From a virus (Duplodnaviria > Caudoviricetes), in the IMG/VR virus record IMGVR_UViG_2974732567_000001, positions 36,199-100,198 of that record: 64,000 bases of DNA; one strand, written 5' to 3'. Made by a program: the position numbers and the translations under genes. The notes below the pieces were generated by a model. The model saw only the letters and a program-made list of their open reading frames with translations, was not told the DNA's origin and searched no databases. Shown here piece by piece: positions 51,369-62,138 of the stretch (positions are counted from its first letter, which is position 1; every line of letters starts with the position of its first letter).

Positions 51369-54300
51369 CGTGTTTAAGAACAGAACTGCCTGAAATAAAG
51401 GCGTAGTTAAAAGAATATACAGACATATTAGGTAGCTATGATGCTGCCTATTATGTCTTATCAGAGAATAATGGTTATGGTTTAGAATTAGACGATTAGG
51501 GTCAAGACTCTAAACTATATTAGGATCTTTTAAGTCATTTCAACAATGATTCTAAGATGGCTATCAGAGAAAAATCTAAGATATTTTTAAGTAATTTTAG
51601 AAATGTTTATAAAGATTTAACTGCAGAACCTACAATGCAACAGGTACTAGAATACCAAACTCAAGATTCTTTAAGTGAAGAAGCCAAATCCTTCTTTGAT
51701 ACAGATAAAGATTTAAGAGAACGCGTAGATCAAGCTTACAATGACTTAGAAACAGGTTTAAAACAAACAGAAAGTAATTATGATTCTAAAGATAAGGCAG
51801 AATTAGACGCTATTTTAAAAGATATAAATACTAAAATATTGAAAGGTTTGCAAGCTAGACTACGAGTGAATACTAATCCTGATCCTGAACTTAGAACTAA
51901 AATAAAGAAAGAATCAGAATGGTTAATTGCAAATATTAGCGAAGGTCTTAAATCAGATTTAGATAACATTAATGAGTTTTTAGCTAATTTAAGATTTGAA
52001 TTGCGACCTACTTTCGAATATCTCGTTAATGTCCGTAGGAAAGGACTGAACATAGATGATACTAAATTAAATGATTTAGATTAGAACTTCTTTGGTTTCT
52101 ACAATGATATAGTAGATGAGATAGTAAGTCAGTTAATATACAAAGAGAATTATAGAGAAATCATAGGAAAAGATAGTAGTGGAGAATATATATTAGACAG
52201 AATGCTTAAGAGAGCTAAAGACTACTAGGCTATGCTTACTGATGGTTATTCTATAGTAAAAGGTAAAATAGCAGACAATGCTAGAGAGAACTTAAAGTAG
52301 GTAGGGTTAGAAGTAAAAGCCTCTACTATATATGATTACTCTAAATCAAATCCATCTCCATCTCAAAGAGATATAGCTTGGCTTACTTATATGATTGGTG
52401 CTGGTGATAAAATTAATAACGATGCTATTAAAACCATATTTTATCTCATAAATAAGGCTGAAAACGAGACTAACAAAAATACATATGCTGTTATTTCCAG
52501 ATTAGAAGATCTATTAAGTAAAGCTGGAAAATATAATCAGAGAAAACTATTTGAAGTAGATGATGATGGTAACACTACCGGTTATATAGTTAGAGCTAGA
52601 AATTATGGTAAATTCGAAAAGAATTATGCCGAAGCCATGAAAAAAATAGCTTCTGAATTAGGAATAGATCTTACAGATATAAAAGCTCCTGAAAACAGAT
52701 AGTTACGTATAGAGTACAATAAGAGAAGAAATGAATGGTTATCTAAACATACCGATAGAAGATATACTAAAGAATATTACGATATGTTTAACCATCTAAG
52801 TGAAAGTACTGTATCCGCTAGAGAGGAAATTCAATTAAAAATACGTCAATTAGTAGATAAAACCAGAGACTCTGTTGGTATAGCTCACTTAGATAGATTG
52901 AGTGATAAAGAATATAATACTTATAGAGCTTATATTCTTGAAAAGAAACAGTTAGCTAGTATCTATGATACTACAGGTATTAAAAAGCAAGGAGAGAAGC
53001 TTAAAATAGCTGAAGAATTACAGGAACTGAATAAAAAGTTGTCCGAAGGTCTTACTATGACTAAGAATAGTAAAGCATACGAAGAAGAAAAAGCTAGAGT
53101 TATGGCTGACTCAAATCTAACAAAAGAACAAAAGTAGAAATGGCTAGAACGAAATTCCCAAGTACGCTATAAAGATGAATTTTATCAGAAACTAGAAAAG
53201 CTGGAAAAAAAATATTACGGTCCTGTATACGCTGAACTCCAACAAAGACGTAGATCTATACTAAATCAACATAGAGATGACATGACAGGCAACATAGATA
53301 TAGATCATATGTCTGCTAATGCCAAAGCCGCAATATAGTGTTTGTCTAGATAGATGTCTATTATTAGAAAGAATAAAAAAGTAGAAATATAGGAAGGAGA
53401 CGCTAAATTTGAAGATATAGCAGAAACAATTCCTACGGAATAGTGGTATAGGGATCTTAAAAAGTATTATTATAATGTGGTTTTAGAAGATCCAGAATCC
53501 GCTGAAATGTGGTTAAGAGCAAACGCATATGACATTAAAAATCCTAAAGCTTGGTATACTAAAGTAGTTCCTAAGGATAAAAGTTTGATAGAGTACGCTC
53601 CTAATAGCAACTGGTTAGAAGTGTCTAAAGAATCTAAATTTTATAATAAATCATATTACGAGGCACAGGAGAAGTATTCTGATTTGGCAAATGAATATTG
53701 GATACCTAAATCACAAGTAGTGGAGAATGGCAAAGTTGTTGAGTCTTATGATAATAGTAAAAATTATAAAGAAATAATGGATAATACGGCTCTTAAAAAC
53801 TTAAGACAGGCTTTATTAGACATTATAAAAGAATCTAACGACAAGTTAACTAATTTGCATAAAACTTATCCGTATAGAATTCCATAGAAATCCGGCGGTT
53901 TACTTAAGTATATACATGCTGGTTGGAAAAGAAATTATATAGCAGGAGCGTTTAAAGGATTCATAGATTATTGGAAAGATTTGATTTCATGCCGTAATGA
54001 CGATGTAGGTTTCAATAGGGCTCTTACTAAACCAAATGGAGAGAGATTAAATGTAATACCACAATACTATTTAAAACGATTAGATAATCCAGAATATTTA
54101 ACTGCCGACTTAGTAGGTGCTGTAATATAGTTCTATAAATCTTGCGAAAGCTGGAAAAATAAAACTCAAATTCAACCTAGAATAGAGATATTGAAAAGAT
54201 ATGTTCAGGGCATAAAATATACCAAGAGATCGGGAGAAGAAAAAGTAGGCGACACTAATGTATATAAGTTTGTTAAACATTTTATAGACATGAACTTATA

Positions 54301-55786
54301 TGATATTAAAACTCAAGACGTTAGTGTAAGATATGGAGATAATCCCAGTGGTAAAATGTTTGGTTTAATACCTTATAAAGGAAATGTTTTTGGTCTTACT
54401 TATGATATAAGTAAACCTAGAGAGATAAACATATCAAAAATGTTATCTATACTAAAAACGTTAGGTACTCTTAGAAACTTAGGTTTAAACTTAGCATGCG
54501 CCTTGACAGGAGCTTATACAGCATTGCATCAACACATTGTTAATGCTCTTATTCAAAGATATTATAATCCTATAGATGCAGGACATGCCTTATTTGATAT
54601 AACAATAGATTCATTTTTTGCTATATCGAACGTTCTGGGAGTTTCTAGGAAAAAAACATTCATTACACGAGCTATGGAGTTGTTCGAAGTAGGAGCCGAA
54701 CTAAACCCAAATGCTACTAATAGATTATCGTTAGTTAACACTGTTACCAAACATTGGGCTTTTGGTCCATATTCTCTAATGGATCATGTAGTAAAAGGAT
54801 AGATACTAGCTTCTGTAATGCATAACTTTAAGTTAGTAGAAGAAGACGGCAAAAAAATTTTTATGAGTAGAGAAGAATATAAACGTAAACATAAACTTCC
54901 TACTTATGCTCCAGGAGATTATATGGATTGGAACCTTGGAAATAAAACTTCATTCTACGATGCAGTAGAGTTTGTTGGTGGTAGAATGGTTGCTAAAGAT
55001 AAATCAAATCAAAAAGCTGTAGATGAGGCTATTGATAAAATATCATATATAGCTAAAACATTAGCTCAATCTGCAGACGGTTAGCTCACCTCTTTACAAA
55101 AACCTGTAATTTTGTCTAATTGGGCTGGTTAGTTTGTAATGATGCATAGACAATATTTACCAGTAGTTTTACAGGAAAGATGGTTAATGTCTAGGCAATG
55201 GGACTATCAGGCTCAAAGGTATAGAGAAGGAGTATTCAAAACGGTAGTAAGATTATTTGACAATGCTATTGAAAATAATGAAAATCTGATTAAAACTTAT
55301 AAAAAGTTAAATTAGGAAGATCCGTTAGTAAGAGAAAATTTAGCAAGACTTGTTTTTGAAGGAATACTGTATGGTGGTTTAAATATGATACTAAGGCCGC
55401 TATTAGAGCAATTAGCGGACGACGACAAGAAAAACATCGTAAAACAACTATTAGCGTATGTGGTAATGAGATCACAGTTCGAAACAATGGCTCCTTATAA
55501 TCTCTTAGATATGGCGTCTATTATTAAATCTCCTTCAGCTATAACAGATTATGTGGGAAATATATTTGAATTATTTTCTAATCCGGTAAGCGTTATATAT
55601 GATAGAATATTAGCATGGGCAAAGGATGAACCATATTATGATGAAGTGATAAAAAGAGGAGCCTACAAAGGTTGGACTAAGTGGGAAAGAGATTTATTAA
55701 AACTCACTCCATTTAGAAATATATGGGAATTGAAAGATATATAGAGTAAAATAAATTACTATAAAAAATAGATACTAAGAGAATAA
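51365..55786 (+). CDS. Large helical cargo protein of the RNAP cluster, 1473 aa (code 15)
   Basis: ATGA coupling; same-frame fragments; TAA 55784-55786. Confidence 0.8.
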
Positions 55787-55792
55787 ATAGAT

Positions 55793-55819
55793 AAGGGCTG
55801 TTGTGAAACAGCCCTTTTT
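55793..55819. terminator. Terminator at the convergence of late and replication modules
   Basis: AAGGGCTGTT-GTGA-AACAGCCCTT stem-loop followed by a T-run. Confidence 0.85.
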
Positions 55820-56244
55820 CATTCAAACCTTTTATCTAAATCTGTTATCGTATTATAGACAACTTCTTTAATTTCTTTGTTTCTATCTCCCCAGAATTGG
55901 AATATAGGATACCAATCAGTAATACCAAATCCCAAATTTCCAGTTTGCTTATAATCCTCAAGTTCTCTACTATCTTCAGACTTTAAAGTAAATATAGTAT
56001 GTTTAACAGAATTAATATTGAATAATCTTTTGTTAAAATATGTCTTTTCACAAGTTAACCAACCTTCAATATCTTTTTCTTCTTCAATATCGTTGAATAT
56101 ATAGTCTAAATAAACAAAACCCTTAGAATAATCATCATAAAGGCTTGTATATAGTCCATTAAATGATTTATGTTCCAAGGGTTTTCTTTTACTTAATACT
56201 CTAGGAGATAGTAGTACTAATTCAGGCGTTAATTCCATCTTCAA
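55819..56244 (-). CDS. Hypothetical protein (start possibly 56238)
   Basis: Intact ORF in the replication operon. Confidence 0.65.
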   Translation of the reverse strand: MKMELTPELVLLSPRVLSKRKPLEHKSFNGLYTSLYDDYSKGFVYLDYIFNDIEEEKDIEGWLTCEKTYFNKRLFNINSVKHTIFTLKSEDSRELEDYKQTGNLGFGITDWYPIFQFWGDRNKEIKEVVYNTITDLDKRFE

Positions 56245-56389
56245 TACAAAATTCTCCGTCTACTTCAAGCGTTGAATACTGTGCTTCTTCTTCAACATTT
56301 TCAATAATAACACTGTTATACATAGCTTCAATTGCGCTCTCATCAGAGCCTTTTAATTGTTTTAAAGTTTTATAATTCTTCAGTTCCAT
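56222..56389 (-). CDS. Small acidic protein, 55 aa (below track cutoff)
   Basis: MELKNYKTLKQLKGSDESAIEAMY...; fills the gap and overlaps both neighbours. Confidence 0.55.
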   Translation of the reverse strand: MELKNYKTLKQLKGSDESAIEAMYNSVIIENVEEEAQYSTLEVDGEFCIEDGINA

Positions 56390-57341
56390 CTTCTTCGTAA
56401 TATTTACGAGTATGGTCCCAATTTCCTGTCTGATAGTGATATGAAATTTCTGTTAAAGTATTTGCTATTAGGTCTTTACGGTCCAATAACTCTTTTTCAT
56501 TTAACATATTGAATACACGTACTTCATTGTTACCATTACTTTGGATAGCTATAATGTACGCTTCTAAATCATAATCTTCTATATTATAACCTTGATCTTT
56601 CATATACCATGTAAGAGCAAGAATATAGAAAGCAATTTGTCTATAATAGTCATATTCTTCTACAGAATGTTTAAAATTATAGACATCTGCTGTTGTTTTT
56701 AAGTCAATAAGAATGATCTTTCTATTAGCATGATCAATCTTAACTCTGTCTAATAGTGACTTACAAGGTACTCCTTGTACTTCTGCTTCCCAGTTTATAT
56801 GGAATTCATTGTGACATTCCATACCTGGTTGATTTGTTAATAGTTCGTCTGCCTTCTTATGCTTATCAATATTATCTTTGATATTTTTAAGCATATTTAA
56901 ATCAGCAAATGATATTATTGTATACAAATCTGTTTTTTCTAAAGCTTCTATATATTCAGCAAATTTGAGCTGTAACTCTTTTGCTTTCTTTAACATAGCA
57001 TCCTTAGACATATTGTTACCGGAATATGCAAACTTATATGCATCTAGTAATTTATCATCTTCTACTATTTCTTCAGATGAATGATAACGTTCACAAAATG
57101 TTAACTGTTGTGCAGTTTTAGGTTTTTCATAATCAATAACAATATAATTATGCCAGAATTCATCTGGCTGAAGAAGATACATGTGTATCATTGTACCTTT
57201 ATCAAGATACTTTGCACTTATACCTTCTTCCTTGCCGTCAAGCATATCCTTGAGATAGCGTGGTCCTTTCTTTAAGAACCACCCTATTGCAGAATTTGAT
57301 ATTCGCGTGTTATCTTCATAATACGGAATTTCTATTTTCAT
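56370..57341 (-). CDS. PD-(D/E)XK exonuclease (RecE/ExoVIII, DUF3799-like)
   Basis: ISNS, GTMIH, CKSLLDRV, LIDLKTT, YYRQIAFY. Confidence 0.85.
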   Translation of the reverse strand: MKIEIPYYEDNTRISNSAIGWFLKKGPRYLKDMLDGKEEGISAKYLDKGTMIHMYLLQPDEFWHNYIVIDYEKPKTAQQLTFCERYHSSEEIVEDDKLLDAYKFAYSGNNMSKDAMLKKAKELQLKFAEYIEALEKTDLYTIISFADLNMLKNIKDNIDKHKKADELLTNQPGMECHNEFHINWEAEVQGVPCKSLLDRVKIDHANRKIILIDLKTTADVYNFKHSVEEYDYYRQIAFYILALTWYMKDQGYNIEDYDLEAYIIAIQSNGNNEVRVFNMLNEKELLDRKDLIANTLTEISYHYQTGNWDHTRKYYEEDGTEEL

Positions 57342-58234
57342 GCAGCTTCTTTTAATTCTTCATCACTAGGATTTTCATCATCTGATACTTCTTCATTATA
57401 TTCTTTATATAAGAATTCAGTATTGATATTTCTATCCCATTCGTTTTCATCTTCTTCAGAACTTTCTATAAACTCTTTTTGCATATCAAAAAAAGTATTA
57501 AGTTCCTCTAAAGTAAGAGGTTTATCTCCGTTTAATCTGAAATAATCTCTTATTATAAGTTTTAGATACTCTATAAATTCAATCTTTATAGCATTATCTT
57601 CTTTTTTCATAATATCTACAGTTACTATATTCAGGTCTTTTTTAAGATTATAATAATCATCCAATATTGAACAATTATGTTGCCCTAGATGCTTGTATGA
57701 TGTTCCGTCATGCCAGTGCCCAAATAAATGATGTTTGTACTTACCAAAGCAGTAATGTCCTAATGAGTGATTATGGTTAGGATTATCATGCGTAAGTAAT
57801 ATATCACACTTAGGTATCTTTTCAAATGGATTATCTTCTATCTCATTGGTAGAATATTCAAATGCCCATTTACCAAATAGTATTGGATTTATCCAAGGTG
57901 TTCCATAAAAAGATACTCCTTCATAATTAAATAGTTCATCTGCTAGAAATCTTACTTTTCCATCAGTATATATTTCATAGTCTTCAACGAATCCTTTCCA
58001 TTCTTTTAATTTATTCTCTAAATAAAAGTCATGATTACCAGGTACTGCAATTACCTTTTTACAAGGTAAGTCTTTAACCCAATTTGCAAATTCGTTCTGA
58101 AACCACTTAATAGAATCATCCATTTGTCTTTGAATATCTAAGGGAACTATATCACCACAGATGCATAATACATCACATTTAGGAATATCTTTAATTAGAT
58201 TTCCATGAATATCGCTTATTCCACATATTCTCAT
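57338..58234 (-). CDS. Calcineurin-like metallophosphoesterase
   Basis: SDIHG, CGD, PGNHD, LTH, FGHWH. Confidence 0.9.
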   Translation of the reverse strand: MRICGISDIHGNLIKDIPKCDVLCICGDIVPLDIQRQMDDSIKWFQNEFANWVKDLPCKKVIAVPGNHDFYLENKLKEWKGFVEDYEIYTDGKVRFLADELFNYEGVSFYGTPWINPILFGKWAFEYSTNEIEDNPFEKIPKCDILLTHDNPNHNHSLGHYCFGKYKHHLFGHWHDGTSYKHLGQHNCSILDDYYNLKKDLNIVTVDIMKKEDNAIKIEFIEYLKLIIRDYFRLNGDKPLTLEELNTFFDMQKEFIESSEEDENEWDRNINTEFLYKEYNEEVSDDENPSDEELKEAA

Positions 58235-58285
58235 AATTCAATGATTTGGTAAGCCTATATATAATTATTAAATAAAACATTATCA

Positions 58286-59065
58286 TTATGTTAGACTAAT
58301 GTTCATATCTTTAGCTAGTTCATCTAACGGAGTATCTTCAAATAAATTAACCTCATCTAAGAACGCAGAAATATTATCAAATGATTTAATTTCCATATGT
58401 TCTATTATAAAATCTACTACTTCATCTATTTTCTTTACTCCCTTGTCTTCTGCCATACAACGTACAAACACTGAATTAGAATTTGCTTCATATTTCTTGA
58501 AGTAACGAATACGTGAACAACGATCGAAGAAGTTGTCATCTATCTTTCCTGTTTCATTACAGGTCATTAGTACTAATTTCTTAGTATTATCTTCGACACC
58601 ATCTAAAAATCCTAACATATCTGTACTATCCCAGTTGTAATCGTTTTTTTCTATCTCATCAAACAATATTACTACAGGAGTAGTAAACTGTTTAAAGAAA
58701 GAATTTAGTCTACTGCTAGGATAACTAGTAGATACTATAATAATAGGCAAATTACTTTCTATAGCAATACGTTTGGAGAGCATCGTTTTACCTGTACCTT
58801 TAGTACCTGAAAGTAATACACCAACTGTTTTACCAGAATTTTCGGAGTTGAAATATTTGAGTACACGCTCAATGAATTCATTATCCTCTTTAAGCTTGTA
58901 TAACTTCTTAGGCATGTTAAAATTACCATTTTCCTTTAAATAAGATCTTCCAGATCTACAATCAAAGTAAAGGTCATAAATTTTACCATTCTTAAGATCA
59001 TACTCTAAACCGTCAAGTTTAGGTATTACGTTAATTTCATCTCCAACTTTAATAAATTCTGCCAT
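58286..59065 (-). CDS. AAA+ ATPase
   Basis: Walker A GTKGTGKT, Walker B ILFDE, MTCN sensor, DRCSRI. Confidence 0.9.
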   Translation of the reverse strand: MAEFIKVGDEINVIPKLDGLEYDLKNGKIYDLYFDCRSGRSYLKENGNFNMPKKLYKLKEDNEFIERVLKYFNSENSGKTVGVLLSGTKGTGKTMLSKRIAIESNLPIIIVSTSYPSSRLNSFFKQFTTPVVILFDEIEKNDYNWDSTDMLGFLDGVEDNTKKLVLMTCNETGKIDDNFFDRCSRIRYFKKYEANSNSVFVRCMAEDKGVKKIDEVVDFIIEHMEIKSFDNISAFLDEVNLFEDTPLDELAKDMNISLT

Positions 59066-59076
59066 GATATTTGTTT

Positions 59077-59457
59077 TTATGTTTTTAACTTGTCGATTAA
59101 TTCATCAACTTGTTTCTATGTGTGTACTACATAAAACCTAGTTTTAGGTTCATGTGTATACAAATAGTAATTAAATAACTTTTCACGTAAAGGCCATGCC
59201 TCATTTGGAAAGCCTTTACATTCAATCACAAAACCTTTACCAACAAAATCTGGTAAATAGGTCATTGATCTGTATTTCTTTTTGTTAAAAGTAAAAGCTG
59301 GAAGTAGCTCATATCTATGCATTTCATAATCTGCCTAGATTTTTGCTTCTTTCAGCTTTTTATATGTATATGTTTCAAGTTTACTTCGAAATTTAATTCC
59401 GTCATATTCGTTAGGAGTTGCATTTCGAACTCTACCTTGTTTTTTCTATTTCTTCAT
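59077..59457 (-). CDS. T7 endonuclease I/DUF1064-like PD-(D/E)XK nuclease (resolvase candidate), 126 aa (code 15)
   Basis: YDGIKFRSKLE, YLPDF, IECKG; complete only if TAGs at 59446-48, 59335-37 and 59116-18 are Gln. Confidence 0.8.
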
Positions 59458-60409
59458 ATAGCCATTTTTTTACTTTTTCAAATTCATTTAACTTAATAGC
59501 ATCAGATATATCTTTTGCTTTAAATTTCTTATGGACTAACATACCTTCTAAGCCTGTTTTGAGGCTCATTTTACGGAGATATTTTACTCCTGCTTCATCT
59601 CTATCAAACAATATAATAATGCGTTTAAAACGCTTCTTTAATTGTTCTAGAATCTTATCAGGTATAAATGTAGATTCGGATGAAGGCGAAATGGCTGGAA
59701 TACCCATTTCATATAAACACATAACATCTTTCATACTTTTGGTAATAATCAAGATATCACCTGTCTTTGGAAGTTGCTTAAACCCTTGAATATCTAATTC
59801 AGTAAGATTATTACGCCATTTTGTATATTTATCTGCTAAAGGTTTATAAATCTTAAAATGATTATATACCTTATAAGCATACATAGGATTATCCTCTTTA
59901 TAAATGCTTTTTACTATGCCATTACATAGGTAGTACTTTATACTACTTACTCCAAATTTTCTTAGAGTTTCTACCGATATATTAAACTGCTTCCAGTAAT
60001 TGATGTCAGTTTCAGTGAATTCTTGACGTACAACACCAATTACTGTTTCAGTTGACGGTATATATTGCTTAGAGCTAACGAGTTGCGTATCATTAGTAAT
60101 TTTAAGTTTTTCAACAATATCTTTAAGTATATCTGAATAATTAGTTATACCTGTATAAAGTTCTATAAACTTTATTACATTTCCACATTGACCTGTTCCA
60201 TGATCCTTAAACAATAACTGCTTTGTTTTTCTACTATAAAAGCATCCAAATGAAGGAGTTTTGTCTTTTCTCAATGGAGAATTATAGATCATTCCTACTT
60301 TAAAATTACCTATATACGCTGCATATATATCATATTCTGTTACTCTAGAAAGAATCCAATCTAGAGTTATATTAAATGTGTCTTTTACTTTTGTTGTATC
60401 GTAAACCAT
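59432..60409 (-). CDS. DNA primase (DnaG-type TOPRIM); ends at 59411 if the TAG is read through
   Basis: SPLRKDKTPSF, ITKSMKD, LFDRDEAG, KDISD. Confidence 0.85.
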   Translation of the reverse strand: MVYDTTKVKDTFNITLDWILSRVTEYDIYAAYIGNFKVGMIYNSPLRKDKTPSFGCFYSRKTKQLLFKDHGTGQCGNVIKFIELYTGITNYSDILKDIVEKLKITNDTQLVSSKQYIPSTETVIGVVRQEFTETDINYWKQFNISVETLRKFGVSSIKYYLCNGIVKSIYKEDNPMYAYKVYNHFKIYKPLADKYTKWRNNLTELDIQGFKQLPKTGDILIITKSMKDVMCLYEMGIPAISPSSESTFIPDKILEQLKKRFKRIIILFDRDEAGVKYLRKMSLKTGLEGMLVHKKFKAKDISDAIKLNEFEKVKKWLYEEIEKTR

Positions 60410-60424
60410 ATGATATATTATTTA

Positions 60425-60498
60425 TTGTCAAAGTAATGGGAATCGAACCACATCATATAAGCGATCAACCTTATACGTAACCCAATTAATATACTCTA
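60425..60498 (-). tRNA. Degenerate tRNA-like element
   Basis: 74-nt cloverleaf: TAGAGTA/TACTTTG acceptor, TATAAG/CTTATA stem with 8-nt loop, GGTTCGATTCC T-loop, 3' ACAA. Confidence 0.45.
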
Positions 60499-60679
60499 CT
60501 CTAATAAATATTTCAATAATAACCTTGCTAGCCTACAGTTATTATATACTTTATTTATTTTTCTTTCGATTAAATTAATTTGTTATACTTCGGTATAAAA
60601 CGTAGGCTGTGTACTATAGTACACTAACCTACGTATTCCTAGCTTATGCTCTAGGTAGCAACTGTTTTTTTAGAGTTTA

Positions 60680-61300
60680 TTAAAACGGCAAATCGTTATC
60701 TTCTGAAGAAGTTGTAGATAAATCATCTACTTTTGTTTCTTTATCAGCTACGATAGGCTTAGTGAATTGATCAATAGACAATTCACTAATTAAACTCTTA
60801 TTTTCTGGATTTATTTCTTTATCATAGAACCCTTCTGGAAGTACCATAGGTTCAATAAATGCAAATTTAACATATGTAGGTAAAGTAGTATAACCTTTAT
60901 TGTTATATACTACCTTAATTTTCAACAAGATATCTTTATTAGCAGCATTTAGCATTGTTACTACCCAATCAGTAAACTCTTTATAAGAGTTACCATTAAA
61001 ATTCAAAACTCCTTTTGGATAGAAACAATTCATAATTCGCATTATACGAGTGACCTGATTGGTTACCTTAGTCTGATTCTGTTCTTCAGTATCACCTTCT
61101 TTTTTGCTAGGTTCCCATTCAGTATGCAGCAACTCCTTACCGTCTTTTTCGAATCGAAATTCCATAAAGTTTTTACCAGTAGGTGATGATGCAGCTCTTA
61201 CGCCTGTAAATTTAACATTATCGTGAATACCTGCTTCTAGATATTTACTACTGTTATCTGCTATTGTTACTTTGCTTGCTAATTCTGTACTGTAAATCAT
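60680..61300 (-). CDS. Single-stranded DNA-binding protein (putative)
   Basis: OB-like N-terminal part, acidic tail ending DNDLPF, follows the AAA_24 gene. Confidence 0.7.
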   Translation of the reverse strand: MIYSTELASKVTIADNSSKYLEAGIHDNVKFTGVRAASSPTGKNFMEFRFEKDGKELLHTEWEPSKKEGDTEEQNQTKVTNQVTRIMRIMNCFYPKGVLNFNGNSYKEFTDWVVTMLNAANKDILLKIKVVYNNKGYTTLPTYVKFAFIEPMVLPEGFYDKEINPENKSLISELSIDQFTKPIVADKETKVDDLSTTSSEDNDLPF

Positions 61301-61317
61301 AATTTCTTTGTTTTGTG

Positions 61318-62061
61318 TTATTCTTCAGGTAAAAATATTCTATCCATATGAAACTCAATGTTGTTGTTTTCATCACTTTCTGCAACAACTATATTCTTAC
61401 CTCTTAAATGTGGTGCTCTAGCTTCTCTTACAATATTGTTACCTCCTTCAAAAGAAATAATAGTCTCATTTCTTTTTCTGTATACATAACCAATTGCATC
61501 AGCTTCACCACAAAGTATATCTCCAAGTCTACCAGTTAAGTCTAATGTCATCTCTGACATCTCTTGACCTTCTACATTTATCTGTTTATCTCGAGTATGA
61601 GCAATTAATATAAGATGATCACTTAGATCTCTGAACAAGTCGATTACCTTTTTCACAGCCATTCTAAGCCACATATACCCACTTCCATTTGGTAATGTAC
61701 GAATGTCTGTTCCCTGATAATTTTTTCCTTGGTTTGTGCTTTTATATAGTTGTATAGCATAACCCATGCACAATTCCTCTAGTCGAGTTGCATTATCTAT
61801 AGTGATATACTTATACGGCTTCTTGCCCGTATTCTTAATTTCTTCTCTAATTGCAGATACAATATCTCCAAAATCCTTTACAGATCTTGCTTGAACAACT
61901 AGAGCAGATAAAGCCTGATAACCATTCTCTAAATCTATAATAAGATTATTTTCTAAGGAAGCCATAAGACTAGATTTACCAGCCTTAGGCTTTCCATAAA
62001 AAATCGAGAATTTTGGATTACATACTTCTATTTTTGTTTTTTCCTTTGGTAATACAATCAT
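61318..62061 (-). CDS. AAA_24/Sak4-like ATPase
   Basis: YGKPKAGKS, IIDLENG, ITIDN, ILIAH, ADAIGY. Confidence 0.85.
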   Translation of the reverse strand: MIVLPKEKTKIEVCNPKFSIFYGKPKAGKSSLMASLENNLIIDLENGYQALSALVVQARSVKDFGDIVSAIREEIKNTGKKPYKYITIDNATRLEELCMGYAIQLYKSTNQGKNYQGTDIRTLPNGSGYMWLRMAVKKVIDLFRDLSDHLILIAHTRDKQINVEGQEMSEMTLDLTGRLGDILCGEADAIGYVYRKRNETIISFEGGNNIVREARAPHLRGKNIVVAESDENNNIEFHMDRIFLPEE

Positions 62062-62138
62062 AAAGCTTGTTTATTTTTGTATTCCGTGTATTTTGCCAAA
62101 CTCTGATAATCTCTGATAGTACGGAATTAATATCTTAT

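Noticed and set aside
498-55487. Minus-strand and off-frame track ORFs in the late module (e.g. 990..1400, 31327..31521, 47930..48244)
   Set aside because: Shadows of long + strand code-15 genes with no recognisable motifs
1-55786. Mass pseudogenisation of structural genes
   Set aside because: Breaks are TAG-only and in frame, with motifs and gene couplings preserved; recoding explains them
59418-59789. 123-aa + strand ORF (also 56878..57084, 58299..58505)
   Set aside because: Antisense shadows of primase, exonuclease and ATPase
60425-60498. Amber suppressor tRNA
   Set aside because: The loop has no CTA anticodon
62082-62127. TTCCGT...ACGGAA inverted repeat with CTCTGATA x2
   Set aside because: Too short to distinguish from chance
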